Source of the DNA: Spirochaetia bacterium
Lineage (GTDB): Bacteria; Oederibacteriota; PGYV01; Palsa-1178
Direction: 5' to 3'
Assembly (NCBI GenBank): GCA_021372235.1
Contig: JAJFUW010000146.1
Coordinates: 322 to 64,321, forward strand
DNA length: 64,000 nt
How positions within the stretch are numbered: the first letter of the stretch is position 1; the number at the start of each line of letters is the position of its first letter. Shown one piece after another: positions 18,023 to 28,395 of this stretch. Under the pieces are notes generated by a model. The model did no database searches, was not told the DNA's origin, and saw nothing but the letters and a program-made list of their open reading frames with translations. A program made the position numbers and the translations under genes.

Positions 18023-18603
18023 TATTTATGCTCCTTGCACTGGTTCTGACGGTACCGGCTTTTGCCGGAAACAGGATATTTTTCACGGAATACGGGATTT
18101 CATACGCAAGTCCCCTGGAACCGTCAAACATGGAGAACAACACGACGGGGACATACGACACGGCCGCGTTTGACATCAAGGCGGGTGTGAACATATTGAA
18201 ATGGGCGGGTGTTTACGGGCTGACCGGATTCCAGATGTTCGTCGACAGGACGGGGACACAGCAGCACTATTCATTCTTCCCGATAGGTATAGGAGTCAGA
18301 GCAAACATATTTCCGGAATGGCCCGTATATCCGGATTTTATTTTTGAGTACGGCAGGGCTTTTGCCAACAGGCACACCCGCTGGACGGTGCCGGCGCCGG
18401 CGCCCTATTACACAGCGGTTGTCACTAACGACGGGCCGTGGACGGCGGATTATTACTCGTTCGGATTCGGCGTTAACTGGAACATCACCTATGTTTCGGT
18501 CATCTCGCTCAGGTTCGAGAGGCCTTCGTTTTCGAATACAGATTCTTCAGGCGGCGAGATACACATAGCAAAACTCGGCCTTGCCTGGAAACTATTTTAT
18601 TAA
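18004..18603 (+). CDS. small outer-membrane beta-barrel protein, hypothetical
   Basis: Signal peptide MGKKSLIFMLLALVLTVPAFA. Alternating hydrophobic pattern. C-terminal ...LAWKLFY. Confidence 0.55.
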   Translation: MGKKSLIFMLLALVLTVPAFAGNRIFFTEYGISYASPLEPSNMENNTTGTYDTAAFDIKAGVNILKWAGVYGLTGFQMFVDRTGTQQHYSFFPIGIGVRANIFPEWPVYPDFIFEYGRAFANRHTRWTVPAPAPYYTAVVTNDGPWTADYYSFGFGVNWNITYVSVISLRFERPSFSNTDSSGGEIHIAKLGLAWKLFY

Positions 18604-18614
18604 GGAGTGCCATA

Positions 18615-19961
18615 ATGGAAAACAGATCAAAGATAACAAATCCAAAATTAACGGCAATGTTGGCAGCGATGGTTCTTACAGCGCTTCCGGTCATGGCAAT
18701 GGAGGCAAATACCGTCACCGCGCAGGCGGCGCCGGAAACCATAGTTCTGACATACGACGAAGCCTATAAACGCGCGTCGGAATTTAACAGGGAATACAGG
18801 TCTGCAAAACTTGACAAGGAGATATCGGAGGCGCAGCTGCAGAAAGCCGCGGCAGGTTTCGGGCCTACGGTCTCCCTGGTAGGGCAGGCGGAACCGTGGG
18901 GCAAACCGACAACCATGAATTTGGGGGGGATGTCGATGAGCTCTTCGATTTACAACTACTATGCGAAACTCTCGCTCTCGCAGCCGGTCTTCACTTTCGG
19001 CAAGTCACTATTTGGCTACAAGATGGCGGAAGAGGGATACAATATCGGGCAGATAAAGTTCAAGCAGGCCTCCGAGAAGCTGGAACTGGACGTCATCTCC
19101 GCGTTTTACGGCGCACTCATTGCAGGACAGATGGACGACACCATGCAGGAAACGCTGAAAGCCAACGAGGAGTATCTGCGCATAACAAAGACGAAATATA
19201 AGAACGGACAGGCTTCCAATTTTGATGTTCTGCAGGCTCAGGTAAAATACGCCAACGCCATACCGGACGCGCAGAAGGCCGCGGATGGCGCCAAACTTGC
19301 CATGCAGATGCTGAAAAATACCATCGGGCTTCCTATGGACGCGCCGGTTGAGTTATCGGGAGCGCCCGAATACAAAAAGATAACCATGACCTATGACGAG
19401 ATGAAAAAACGGTTTTCGGAAAAGAACGACGAGCGCAACATGATCAACTCGGCGGCCAACATAGCCGAGTATTCGCACCTGCTCGCCGGAGCCATGCTGC
19501 TGCCAAACATAGCGCTTTCCGCAAACTACACATGCTATTCCACGGATACGGCTTTCCACACTGAATCCTCATACTGGACCAATTCCTGGGACATAGCGAT
19601 AGGGCTGCAATGGACAATATACAGCGGGTTCAAGAACGTCGCGGCCATAAAAGAGGCATCTGCAAACAGGGAAAAGGCCAGGCTGACAGAGGAGAACACG
19701 GAAAACCTGCTCACCATACAGCTCGACCAGCTATATACGTCGCTGGAACAGTCGGGTAAGGTCATCGAGGCTGCCGGAGACATCATAAAGCAGGCCGAAG
19801 AGGGCTACAGGATAGCGGAGGAGTCCTACAAAAACGGGCTTATCCAGTCCGTGGACCTGCTGCAGGCCCAGACAGGGCTGCTGCAGGCAAAGATTAACTA
19901 CCTATCAGCGCTTATGAACTATACCACGACCGCGCAAAAACTGAAAAATTTCATCGAATAA
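18615..19961 (+). CDS. TolC-family outer membrane efflux protein
   Basis: Signal peptide, two repeated OEP-like halves (e.g. LTYDEAYKRASEFNREYRSA.. and ..GYRIAEESYKNGLIQSVDLLQAQTGLLQAK), 448 aa. Confidence 0.8.
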   Translation: MENRSKITNPKLTAMLAAMVLTALPVMAMEANTVTAQAAPETIVLTYDEAYKRASEFNREYRSAKLDKEISEAQLQKAAAGFGPTVSLVGQAEPWGKPTTMNLGGMSMSSSIYNYYAKLSLSQPVFTFGKSLFGYKMAEEGYNIGQIKFKQASEKLELDVISAFYGALIAGQMDDTMQETLKANEEYLRITKTKYKNGQASNFDVLQAQVKYANAIPDAQKAADGAKLAMQMLKNTIGLPMDAPVELSGAPEYKKITMTYDEMKKRFSEKNDERNMINSAANIAEYSHLLAGAMLLPNIALSANYTCYSTDTAFHTESSYWTNSWDIAIGLQWTIYSGFKNVAAIKEASANREKARLTEENTENLLTIQLDQLYTSLEQSGKVIEAAGDIIKQAEEGYRIAEESYKNGLIQSVDLLQAQTGLLQAKINYLSALMNYTTTAQKLKNFIE

Positions 19962-20002
19962 AACAAAGCCGGTCAACCGGCGATACAAAAGGAGGAAATT
20001 TA

Positions 20003-20920
20003 ATGAAGAACGACACGATCAAAAAGATAGGTTTATGGACTGTCATAATTTTGGCAGCCATAATAGTCGTAAGGATAGGTATATCGTTGGAAAAAAGCAG
20101 GAAAAAACCTTCGGACGTGATATTTAGCGTCAATACCGTTAAACTCGCGAAACAGAATATAACCCGCGTCATGTCGATACAGGGGATAGTCGAGGGCGAC
20201 CCTCAGGTAAAAGTGTACCCGCAGGTGCCGGGTAAGTTCGCAAGGAACAATGTGAGCGAAGGTCAGATGGTAAACAGGGATGATGTCATAACCTATATAG
20301 ACCGCGACATTGTCGGCGCCAGTTACGAACTTGCGCCGGTCAAGGCGCCGGTATCCGGCATGGTGACTAAACTATATTACATAGACAGAGGGGACAGCGT
20401 TTCCCCGCAGATGCCGGTGGCCGAGATAGCCAACCAGGACAGCATCAAAGTGGTGTTCAATGTCGGCCAGGATGACCTGTTAAAACTGAAAAAGGGAGAC
20501 AGGGTCGTCATATCGTATATCAATGACAGCGCAATATCAATGGAGGGCGAGGTCGTATCAGTGCCCCCTGTTGTGGACAAGGATATCATGGCCGGTACGG
20601 TAGTCGTGAAGGCACCGAACAAGGGCAGGACGATGAAAATCGGTATGTCGGTCAATGTGGACATCAGTTATTCGCAGGGAACAGCGTTCATGGTGCCTGA
20701 AAAGGCGGTCCTGCTCGGGGACCAGAGATCATACGTGTACGTGAATAAAAGCGGTACGGCTCAGAGTGTTGACGTGAACCTGGATTACAGGCTCAATGAT
20801 ACCATCGAAATAACGGGCGCGCTGGCAGAAGGCGACGAGGTCATAACTGACGGCAGTTATAAATTGTATGACGGCGCGAAAGTCTCAACGGCCGCGTTCG
20901 AACCAAAAGAAAAAAAGTAG
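20003..20920 (+). CDS. RND efflux periplasmic adaptor (membrane fusion protein, HlyD family)
   Basis: N-terminal TM segment, then lipoyl/beta-barrel pattern (YPQVPGKFARNNVSEGQMVNRDDVI...APVSGMV). Confidence 0.8.
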   Translation: MKNDTIKKIGLWTVIILAAIIVVRIGISLEKSRKKPSDVIFSVNTVKLAKQNITRVMSIQGIVEGDPQVKVYPQVPGKFARNNVSEGQMVNRDDVITYIDRDIVGASYELAPVKAPVSGMVTKLYYIDRGDSVSPQMPVAEIANQDSIKVVFNVGQDDLLKLKKGDRVVISYINDSAISMEGEVVSVPPVVDKDIMAGTVVVKAPNKGRTMKIGMSVNVDISYSQGTAFMVPEKAVLLGDQRSYVYVNKSGTAQSVDVNLDYRLNDTIEITGALAEGDEVITDGSYKLYDGAKVSTAAFEPKEKK

Positions 20921-20967
20921 TTTGGCAAAAATACTGACAGCGTGACGAAAATACAAAGGAGCGGTTT

Positions 20968-23900
20968 ATGAATATAGCAGGATTGGCGATAAAAAAGCCG
21001 GTGTTTGTAGTGATGATAGTGTTTTCTGTCATCACCCTCGGACTTTTGGGATTCTCGAGCCTACCGTGGGACCTGATGCCAAACGTTGAGTTACCGTCAA
21101 TGACGGTCAGCGTTATTTATCCGGGAGCCTCGGCCGAGGAGATGGAAAACCTGGTTGCAAAACCACTTGAGGATTCTTTCATGGTTCTGGAGGGCATAGA
21201 TACTGTGACCACGTCGTGCTACGAGTCGATGGCGATGGTGACAACAGCGTTTAAAATGGGAGATGACATAAAGTTTGCCGAGATAAAAGTGCGCGAAAAA
21301 GTGGATCTCGTTAAACCCAAACTGCCGGAGGATATACAGGATCCCACAATACGGCGCATAACACTCGAGGATATACCTATTATGTACATGTCACTGACGG
21401 GCCAGCGCGATTCCGCGACCCTGCGCGACATAATGGAAAACGACATAAAACCACACATAGAAACAGTCCCGGGAGTGGGTTCCATATCGATAATCGGAGG
21501 CAGGGACAGGGAAGTAAAGATAACCGTCAACAAAGCAATGCTGCTGGCAAAGGGAATATCAATAGGCCAGATACAGAATGCCCTAAATATGCGCAACATG
21601 AACTTCCCTGTGGGAGTTATCGAAGGGGTGGAAAAGGACATATCTGTCAGGGTTGTAGGGCAGTTCAAGTCAACGGATGAAATAGCGAACCTTACCATGA
21701 CATCCACGACCGGCAAGATAGTCAGGATAAAGGACGTGGCGAAGGTGCAATTTGGCTTCGCGGACGAGGACGCCAAAGTACGGGTGGATAACAAGCAGGC
21801 TGTCATGGTCATGCTCTATAAACAGTCGGGGGCCAACTCGGTCAAGGTGGCGGACGATGTCAATTATGAGGTCAACAGGATAAACAAGACTCTGCCGCAG
21901 GATATTAAACTCAAAATCGCGGGAGATACAACCACAAGCATCAAGCGTTCCGTGTCCGGAGTGCTCGAGAACATCATATTGGGAGCCTTACTGGCAATTG
22001 TCATAGTGTTTTTGTTCCTCGGAAATTTCAGGTCGGCCATAATCACGGCGGTTGCACTGCCAAACTCCATAATTGGCGCTTTCTTCCTGATATGGGTAAG
22101 CGGCTTTACAATCAATACAATCACGTTGCTCTCACTGGCGCTGGCTGTCGGGCTTTTGATTGACGACTCGATAGTCGTCCGCGAGAACATATTCAGACAT
22201 ATAGAGGAGGGAATGGGCCCGAAAGAGGCGGCGGAAAAGGGCACAAACGAGGTGGCGCTCGCGGTCATATCAACGACGCTTTCCGTCATGGCCGTGTTTT
22301 TGCCGATATCGTTTTTAACCGGAATGGCCGGCCAGGTATTCAGGCAGTTCGGGTTGACCGTTGCTTTCTCACTGCTCATATCGCTGCTGGACGCTTTCAC
22401 CACGGCCCCGATGCTTTCCGCTTACTGGTATAAAAAACGGGACGAGGGAAAGAAGCGCACGGGTTTCACAAAATGGCTCTACAACGACATGATAGGCGCA
22501 TGGAACAGGTTCTATGACGGACTGACCGTATATTACAAACAACTCGTCGGCTGGGCAATGGAAAACAAGTCAAAGGTATGGCTCTCCGTGGGAGTATTGC
22601 TCGTGGTCAGTCTGACATCGTTCGGATTTGTCGACAAGTCTTTCATGAACAGCAATTCGGGTGTGTTCATGGTGAACATAGAAACCTACCAGGGTTGTCC
22701 GCTTGAAAAAACGGACAGCTATCTGAAGGAACTGGAGCAATATATTGGAACCCTGGATTCGATCGAGTCCTATTTCGTGCTGGCAGGTACCAACGGCCGG
22801 TCGGCCTCGTCAAACCAGGGAATGGTATTCGTTTCCATGAAAAAATTGTCCGAGAGGAAGCACACGGAAGAACAGCTGAAACAGATGATAAGGGATTACA
22901 TTGACAAAAATCAACTCAACAAATATTTCAACTATTCCATAGGCAGCGGCATGGGCGGGATGTCAACCTCACCTATCCTCATAAGCATAACAGGGCCCGA
23001 ACTCGGGGTATTGGAGGAAATGTCGCTCAAAATCAAAAAGGTGGTTATGGAAACACCCGGAACAGCGGATGTAGATATGACATTAAAGCCGGGCAAACCC
23101 GAGATAGTCCTGCACGTGGACGGTATCAAGTCGGAGAAACTGGGTATTTCCGCGGCAGAGGTCGGCATGATGATACGTACTCTGGTCCAGGGATCCACGG
23201 TAACAACCCTGAAACAGGGTGAGAAAGAGTATGACATAAACATCAGGCTTGACGAAAAGAGCCGCAGCAGTGTTGACAACTTAAAGAACCTGACCATAAC
23301 AAACAGGATGGGCAAAAAAATACCTCTGACTGCTGTCTGCGAATTTGCTTACGGGTCGGGTTCCACGGAAATACGCAGGGAAAACAAGCAGAGGATAGCC
23401 CGCATATCTGCCAACGCGGCAAAAGGTTACAGCGCGGGAATGTTGAACGACAGGATAAAGAAAAAACTTAATGAAGAGGTCAAATTGCCGGACGGCTATT
23501 CGTACGTAGAGGGAGGCATGTCAAAGCAGTTCATGGATTTGACAAAGGAGATGGTAAAGGCAATGGTGCTGGCGGTCCTTTTCATGTACATGATCCTGGC
23601 GTCACTTTACAACTCATTTACCCAGCCTCTCATTATTATGGTGGCCGTGCTTCTGGCGCTGCTGGGCGGGCCGATAGCACTGCTCGTCACGGGCTCGCCG
23701 CTTGACATGTTTGGGTACATAGGGCTTTTGATGGTGCTCGGGCTCGCGGCAAAAAATGGTATTTTGCTCATTGATTTTGCGAACAAAAAACGAGAGCAGG
23801 GGCTTGGTATACGCGAGGCAATCCTGGAGGCGGCGCCCGTGCGCCTGCGCCCGATACTCATGACAACGCTGGCCATGATATTCGGAATGCTCCCGATAGC

Positions 23901-24081
23901 CCTTTCAATGGGTGAAGGGTCAAAAGGCAGGGAAGGGATGGCCATAATAGTCATAGGCGGCCTGATAACCTCCACTTTGTTCACGCTTGTGGCGGTGCCG
24001 ATAGCCTATGAATGGATGGAGAATAAGAAACTTGCGAGAAAAAAGAAGAAAGCGGATGTGCTTAAGTTAAAACATAAATAG
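20968..24081 (+). CDS. RND efflux transporter permease (AcrB/CzcA family)
   Basis: 1037 aa, 12-TM architecture with two large periplasmic loops. Conserved VVRENIFRH, LLIDDSIVV and GIREAILEAAPVRLRPILMTTLAMIFGMLP motifs. Confidence 0.9.
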   Translation: MNIAGLAIKKPVFVVMIVFSVITLGLLGFSSLPWDLMPNVELPSMTVSVIYPGASAEEMENLVAKPLEDSFMVLEGIDTVTTSCYESMAMVTTAFKMGDDIKFAEIKVREKVDLVKPKLPEDIQDPTIRRITLEDIPIMYMSLTGQRDSATLRDIMENDIKPHIETVPGVGSISIIGGRDREVKITVNKAMLLAKGISIGQIQNALNMRNMNFPVGVIEGVEKDISVRVVGQFKSTDEIANLTMTSTTGKIVRIKDVAKVQFGFADEDAKVRVDNKQAVMVMLYKQSGANSVKVADDVNYEVNRINKTLPQDIKLKIAGDTTTSIKRSVSGVLENIILGALLAIVIVFLFLGNFRSAIITAVALPNSIIGAFFLIWVSGFTINTITLLSLALAVGLLIDDSIVVRENIFRHIEEGMGPKEAAEKGTNEVALAVISTTLSVMAVFLPISFLTGMAGQVFRQFGLTVAFSLLISLLDAFTTAPMLSAYWYKKRDEGKKRTGFTKWLYNDMIGAWNRFYDGLTVYYKQLVGWAMENKSKVWLSVGVLLVVSLTSFGFVDKSFMNSNSGVFMVNIETYQGCPLEKTDSYLKELEQYIGTLDSIESYFVLAGTNGRSASSNQGMVFVSMKKLSERKHTEEQLKQMIRDYIDKNQLNKYFNYSIGSGMGGMSTSPILISITGPELGVLEEMSLKIKKVVMETPGTADVDMTLKPGKPEIVLHVDGIKSEKLGISAAEVGMMIRTLVQGSTVTTLKQGEKEYDINIRLDEKSRSSVDNLKNLTITNRMGKKIPLTAVCEFAYGSGSTEIRRENKQRIARISANAAKGYSAGMLNDRIKKKLNEEVKLPDGYSYVEGGMSKQFMDLTKEMVKAMVLAVLFMYMILASLYNSFTQPLIIMVAVLLALLGGPIALLVTGSPLDMFGYIGLLMVLGLAAKNGILLIDFANKKREQGLGIREAILEAAPVRLRPILMTTLAMIFGMLPIALSMGEGSKGREGMAIIVIGGLITSTLFTLVAVPIAYEWMENKKLARKKKKADVLKLKHK

Positions 24082-24095
24082 GATTTCCGTAAAAT

Positions 24096-24130
24096 AAAAA
24101 GGCGCGGGTTTCCCCGCGCCTTTTTATTTT
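24096..24130. terminator. bidirectional rho-independent terminator
   Basis: aaaaaggcgcggg-tttc-cccgcgccttttt-atttt between convergent RND and queH genes. Confidence 0.7.
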
Positions 24131-24281
24131 AGGGTGACAGGAAGCGGGATACAGGACAAAAAGGGCCCCGTCGTATTTGAAGAGGAACTACCGGCGGTTA
24201 ACGCAGACGGGATACGGCCGGAGCAGCCTTTCCGGAATCTAACATGAAACGTGATGAAGCTTTCCGGCAGGGAGCAGCCGG

Positions 24282-24881
24282 TTATAACGATTGGCGCGCG
24301 CAGGACCGATGTGTGTTAGTTTTTGTATTACTCCGCCTGAGTTTTTCCCTTAACGAATATGCGCACCCGCAATAATCCTGCCTGTAGAGCCCGTATTTTT
24401 TTGAAAGCTCGATGGATTTTTTAAACCCGTCCTTTTTTTTGAAATCAGACATCAGGTAATTGACCCCGTATTTTTCAGCGGCCTCCGCCCCGAGTTTGTT
24501 AATCAGTTTTGCGTCCTTATGCGGGGATATGGTGAGCGTGGTGGCAAAAGTTTCATAGCCGGAAACTTTTGCCGCCTGCGCGCTTTTGTCCATGCGCATT
24601 CTGAAACACTCCTCGCACCGTTTACCGCGTTCGGGTTCGTTTGCGTGGGGCCTGCACCGTTCAAACCATTCTTTAATATCGTAGGGGACATCGGGGATAT
24701 TTTTTACCGCAACGGCGGCTGCAAGTTTTTCCATGTCCGCGACGCGTTTGTGGTACTCGTCGCGCGGGTGTATGTTCGGGTTGTAGAACCACGTCTCGGG
24801 TTCGTACCCGTCCTCACGCAGCGCGTTTATGGAGTGCGTCGCGTCCGGCGCGCAGCAGACGTTCAAAAGTATTTTTTTCAT
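24282..24881 (-). CDS. queH: epoxyqueuosine reductase QueH (DUF208)
   Basis: LLNVCCAPDATHSI and RQDYCGCAYSL motifs characteristic of QueH. C-terminal ~25 aa look like run-on to the next stop. Confidence 0.75.
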   Translation of the reverse strand: MKKILLNVCCAPDATHSINALREDGYEPETWFYNPNIHPRDEYHKRVADMEKLAAAVAVKNIPDVPYDIKEWFERCRPHANEPERGKRCEECFRMRMDKSAQAAKVSGYETFATTLTISPHKDAKLINKLGAEAAEKYGVNYLMSDFKKKDGFKKSIELSKKYGLYRQDYCGCAYSLREKLRRSNTKTNTHRSCARQSL

Positions 24882-25366
24882 GGCTATATTTTACCATAAA
24901 ACAGTCTAAAATTCCCGCAGGTTCCGACCGGTCGTTTTTTTGTAGTTGTGTTTTGAACGGCCGGCGCCCCTGTTTTTCCGGCCGTTCCGGTTTGGTGTGT
25001 TCGTGTTTAACCTTGCACTTGCATGCAAGCGTAGTGGAGGCTCCGCGTAACGCGTTTAATAGACGTCGCATGCGGCGGTTTGAAGGCCTGCTGTTGAGGG
25101 CAAGAGTTATCTTGAGTCCCTTGCGACCGGAAAAACAGTGGTGCCGGCCGTTCCGTGGTTATGCTGTGGTTGTGTCGCCTACATTATTATATAGTAACAT
25201 AAAATCTAATGTTTGTTTATTGGCCAAAAGGCTATGAGGATATTGGATAAAAACAACTCGGCAAATTTATACTTGACATATTTGATAGACTTTGTTATAT
25301 ATTAAATGTATATAAAAAAGACAGACAATGTAGAGTATTAAATAGTGAAAGAGGAGTATATATAAT

Positions 25367-25837
25367 ATGAAGATATCATTCAAAGGCGACTACGCGATCA
25401 AGACGCTGGTCTTCCTCGCGCTCAGGCACAGCGACAGTGCGGAGGAGAACCGCTATTGCCAGATATCGGAAATATCCCGGAGCCAGGATATCCCAAAAAA
25501 ATTCCTCGAGCAGATACTGCTGACGTTAAAGAACGCGGGTTACGTCAACAGCCAGCGCGGGGTGAACGGCGGTTATGTCTTTGCCAAGGACCCGCGCGCG
25601 GTGACCCTCGGCGAGATAATAAGACTAATGGACGGGACAACGGCTCCAATCGCGTGCGTCTCGCGTTCATGTTACCAGGCGTGTGACTATGAAAAGAGAT
25701 GCGTTTTGAAACCGGTATGGGAAAATGTCCGCGAAGCGGAGAATAACATAGTGGACAGGGTTACGTTCTATGGACTGGCAAAGGAACAGGCGGAGCTGGA
25801 CAGGAAGAGCGTTGAGACGTTTGTGTACAACATATAG
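25367..25837 (+). CDS. Rrf2-family transcriptional regulator (IscR/CymR-like), likely regulator of the downstream Cys/Met genes
   Basis: Rrf2 N-terminal HTH (ISEISRSQDIPKKFLEQILLTLKNAGYVNSQRGVNGGY) and a C-terminal Cys cluster ACVSRSCYQACDYEKRC. TTGACA-17-TATATA promoter at ~25273-25301. Confidence 0.8.
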   Translation: MKISFKGDYAIKTLVFLALRHSDSAEENRYCQISEISRSQDIPKKFLEQILLTLKNAGYVNSQRGVNGGYVFAKDPRAVTLGEIIRLMDGTTAPIACVSRSCYQACDYEKRCVLKPVWENVREAENNIVDRVTFYGLAKEQAELDRKSVETFVYNI

Positions 25838-25844
25838 AGTGGCA

Positions 25845-25913
25845 GAGACTGGAGATTGGAGACTGAAGTACGGCAAGAGCGTGTCTGTTTTACTATAGTC
25901 TCCAATCTCCAGT
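25845..25913. repeat. GGAG-heptad inverted repeat hairpin (likely terminator of the Rrf2 gene)
   Basis: agactggagattggagact (25845-25863) pairs with agtctccaatctccagt (25897-25913); ~33-nt loop. Confidence 0.45.
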
Positions 25914-26071
25914 TTCTTAAACTCGCAACAACAAATGAAAGCAGGAACAACACATGACAAAAAAAGAACAAAGATGCAAAACCCGGGCGGAGAACTGCTT
26001 CATGCGACAATTAATTTGATCGGCTGCGCAAGTATATTCAAAAATACCACAAAAAAAAAGGAGAAACAAAG

Positions 26072-27346
26072 ATGAGCAAATACAAATTTGAAACACTGCA
26101 GCTGCACGCGGGACACACGCCTGACAGGGACACACATTCAAGGGCGGTACCGATTTACCAGACAACTTCTTATACGTTTGAGGGAACACAGGATGCGGCG
26201 GATCTTTTCGCGCTGAAAAAGCCCGGCAACATCTATGCCAGGCTCCAGAACCCCACAACAGGCGTGCTGGAAGAAAGGATAGCGGCGCTGGAGGGCGGCG
26301 CGGCCGCGCTTGCTTTTTCGTCGGGAATGGGCGCTATCACGGCCGCGATAATCGGACTGGCCTCGGCCGGCGACGAGATAGTATCCGCGTCAAACCTGTA
26401 CGGCGGAACAGTGACGCTTTTCGCTCACACACTGCGCAAGCTGGGCATAAATGTTAATTTTGTGGATGCCAAAGACCCGGAAAATTTTAGAAGGGCAATT
26501 ACGCCAAAAACAAAAGCCCTCTATGCGGAGACTCTCGGCAATCCGGAACTGAACATACTGGACATAGAAGCCGTCGGAAAGATAGCACGAGAGGCTAAGA
26601 TACCGCTCATAGTGGATTCGACGATGACCCCGCCTTCGATTCTCAGGCCATTGGAACACGGCGCGGACATCGTGGTGCATTCGCTGACAAAGTATATGGG
26701 CGGACATGGCACGTCGCTGGGCGGCATAGTCGTTGACTCCGGAAAATTTGACTGGGCCAACGGAAAATTCAACGGCCTCGTTGAGCCGGACGAGTCATAT
26801 CACGGGTTGAAGTTTTATGAAACATTCGGGCCTCTGGCGTACATCGTCAGGCTCAGGGTATCGACGCTCCGTGATACCGGAGCGGCTTTGAGCCCGTTCA
26901 ACGCGTTTTTGATACTGCTGGGAGTGGAGACGCTCTCCCTGCGCATGGAAAGGCACTGCGAGAACGCGTTAAAGGTAGCGAAATGGCTCGAAAAGAACCC
27001 GAATATAGGCTGGGTAAACTATCCGGGCCTGCCTTCCTCGCCGTCATATAAGCTCGCGCAAAAATACATGCCGGGAGGCGCTTCAGGAATGATAGCCTTT
27101 GGCATAAAGGGCGGAGTGAAAGCGGGGGTGAGTTTTATAAATAACGTAAAACTCCTCTCGCACCTGGCCAATATCGGCGATGCAAAAACGCTCGTGATAC
27201 ATCCGTGGACAACAACGCACCAGCAGTTGACGGACGAGCAGAAGCGGGGCGCGGGTATTACCGAGGATTTTATCAGGCTGTCAGTGGGTATTGAGAACGC
27301 GGACGACATCATTGCCGATATGGAACAGGCTTTAAACAAGAACTAA
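26072..27346 (+). CDS. metY: O-acetylhomoserine sulfhydrylase (PLP-dependent, Cys/Met metabolism family)
   Basis: FETLQLHAGHTPDRDTHSRAVPIYQTTSYTF and the PLP-lysine region VVHSLTKYMGGHG. 424 aa, typical MetY length. Confidence 0.85.
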   Translation: MSKYKFETLQLHAGHTPDRDTHSRAVPIYQTTSYTFEGTQDAADLFALKKPGNIYARLQNPTTGVLEERIAALEGGAAALAFSSGMGAITAAIIGLASAGDEIVSASNLYGGTVTLFAHTLRKLGINVNFVDAKDPENFRRAITPKTKALYAETLGNPELNILDIEAVGKIAREAKIPLIVDSTMTPPSILRPLEHGADIVVHSLTKYMGGHGTSLGGIVVDSGKFDWANGKFNGLVEPDESYHGLKFYETFGPLAYIVRLRVSTLRDTGAALSPFNAFLILLGVETLSLRMERHCENALKVAKWLEKNPNIGWVNYPGLPSSPSYKLAQKYMPGGASGMIAFGIKGGVKAGVSFINNVKLLSHLANIGDAKTLVIHPWTTTHQQLTDEQKRGAGITEDFIRLSVGIENADDIIADMEQALNKN

Positions 27347-27415
27347 GAAACTGTTCCGGGTTCCAAAGTGTTTCGCTGTTTTTTGGAACCTGTAACAAAA
27401 ACAAGGAGGTCTTAA

Positions 27416-28351
27416 ATGGCAATATACAGCGACATAACAAAAACGGTGGGCAACACTCCGCTTGTGCGGTTGAATCGAGTTACAGAGGGGACAAAAGCCG
27501 CAAATGTCTACGCAAAAGTCGAGTCATTTAACCCGTTATCGAGCGTCAAGGACAGGATAGGTGTGGCAATGGTGGACGACGCGGAAAAGAGGGGCCTGCT
27601 AAAAACCGGCGGGACAATAGTCGAGCCCACCAGCGGCAACACCGGTATAGGGCTGGCTTTCACAGCAGCAGCCCGCGGTTACAGGCTGATTCTCACCATG
27701 CCGGACACCATGTCGATGGAACGCAGACAGCTTTTGAGGATACTCGGCGCGGCTATAGTATTGACGCCGGGTGCTGAGGGCATGAAGGGCGCGGTCGACA
27801 GGGCGGAACAGCTGGTAAAAGAGACGCCGGGCGCGGTATCAATGAGGCAGTTTGACAACCCCGCCAATCCGGATATACACCGGAAAACTACGGCAATTGA
27901 AATATGGAATGACCTGAACGGAAAGGTTGATTATTTTGTCAGCAGCGTGGGCACAGGCGGGACGCTGACAGGCGTTGGCGAGGTGCTAAAGGAAAGAAAC
28001 AAAGGGGTAAAGATTGTGGCTGTGGAGCCTGATGGTTCGCCACTGCTCTCCGGAGGCAAAGCCGGGCCGCACAAGATACAGGGCATAGGCGCAAACTTCA
28101 TACCATCCGTACTGAACCGCGGGATAATAGACGAAACAGTCAGGGTAAAAGACGACGATGCCGGTGAGATGGCGCGCAGGCTTGCCCGCGAAGAGGGGCT
28201 GCTGGTCGGCATATCATCAGGTGCCGCTGCATGGGCGGCCATCGAAACGGCTAAAAAACCAGGGGCATTGGGGAAAAATATAGTGGTACTGCTGCCGGAC
28301 ACGGGCGAGAGATATCTTTCGACATGGCTGTTCAAGGAATACCCGGGGTAG
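27416..28351 (+). CDS. cysK: cysteine synthase A (O-acetylserine sulfhydrylase)
   Basis: [35 protein letters not shown] and GIGANFIP motifs. Confidence 0.9.
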   Translation: MAIYSDITKTVGNTPLVRLNRVTEGTKAANVYAKVESFNPLSSVKDRIGVAMVDDAEKRGLLKTGGTIVEPTSGNTGIGLAFTAAARGYRLILTMPDTMSMERRQLLRILGAAIVLTPGAEGMKGAVDRAEQLVKETPGAVSMRQFDNPANPDIHRKTTAIEIWNDLNGKVDYFVSSVGTGGTLTGVGEVLKERNKGVKIVAVEPDGSPLLSGGKAGPHKIQGIGANFIPSVLNRGIIDETVRVKDDDAGEMARRLAREEGLLVGISSGAAAWAAIETAKKPGALGKNIVVLLPDTGERYLSTWLFKEYPG

Positions 28352-28354
28352 AGG

Positions 28355-28395
28355 AGAGGAAACGAGCCAGGAGCCAGAAGCCAGGAGGAAAAAGG
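28355..28395 (+). repeat. 3-prime GGAGCC(A)G heptad repeat element, copy A
   Basis: aggagaggaaacgagccaggagccagaagccaggaggaaaa, 4 nt after the cysK stop. ~85% identical to 60193-60228. Followed by further short tandem repeats (ggcagaaggcagaaag; gtgcaagtaaaagtgcaagcc). Confidence 0.5.

Noticed and set aside
21219-23984. Minus-strand ORFs of 125-197 aa inside the RND permease gene
   Set aside because: Antisense to a gene with unambiguous AcrB-family conservation; Ser/Ile/Met-rich artefacts.
24131-24281. Possible small gene between the RND terminator and queH
   Set aside because: No ORF of 60 aa or more with a start context. Likely the 3-prime trailer of queH.
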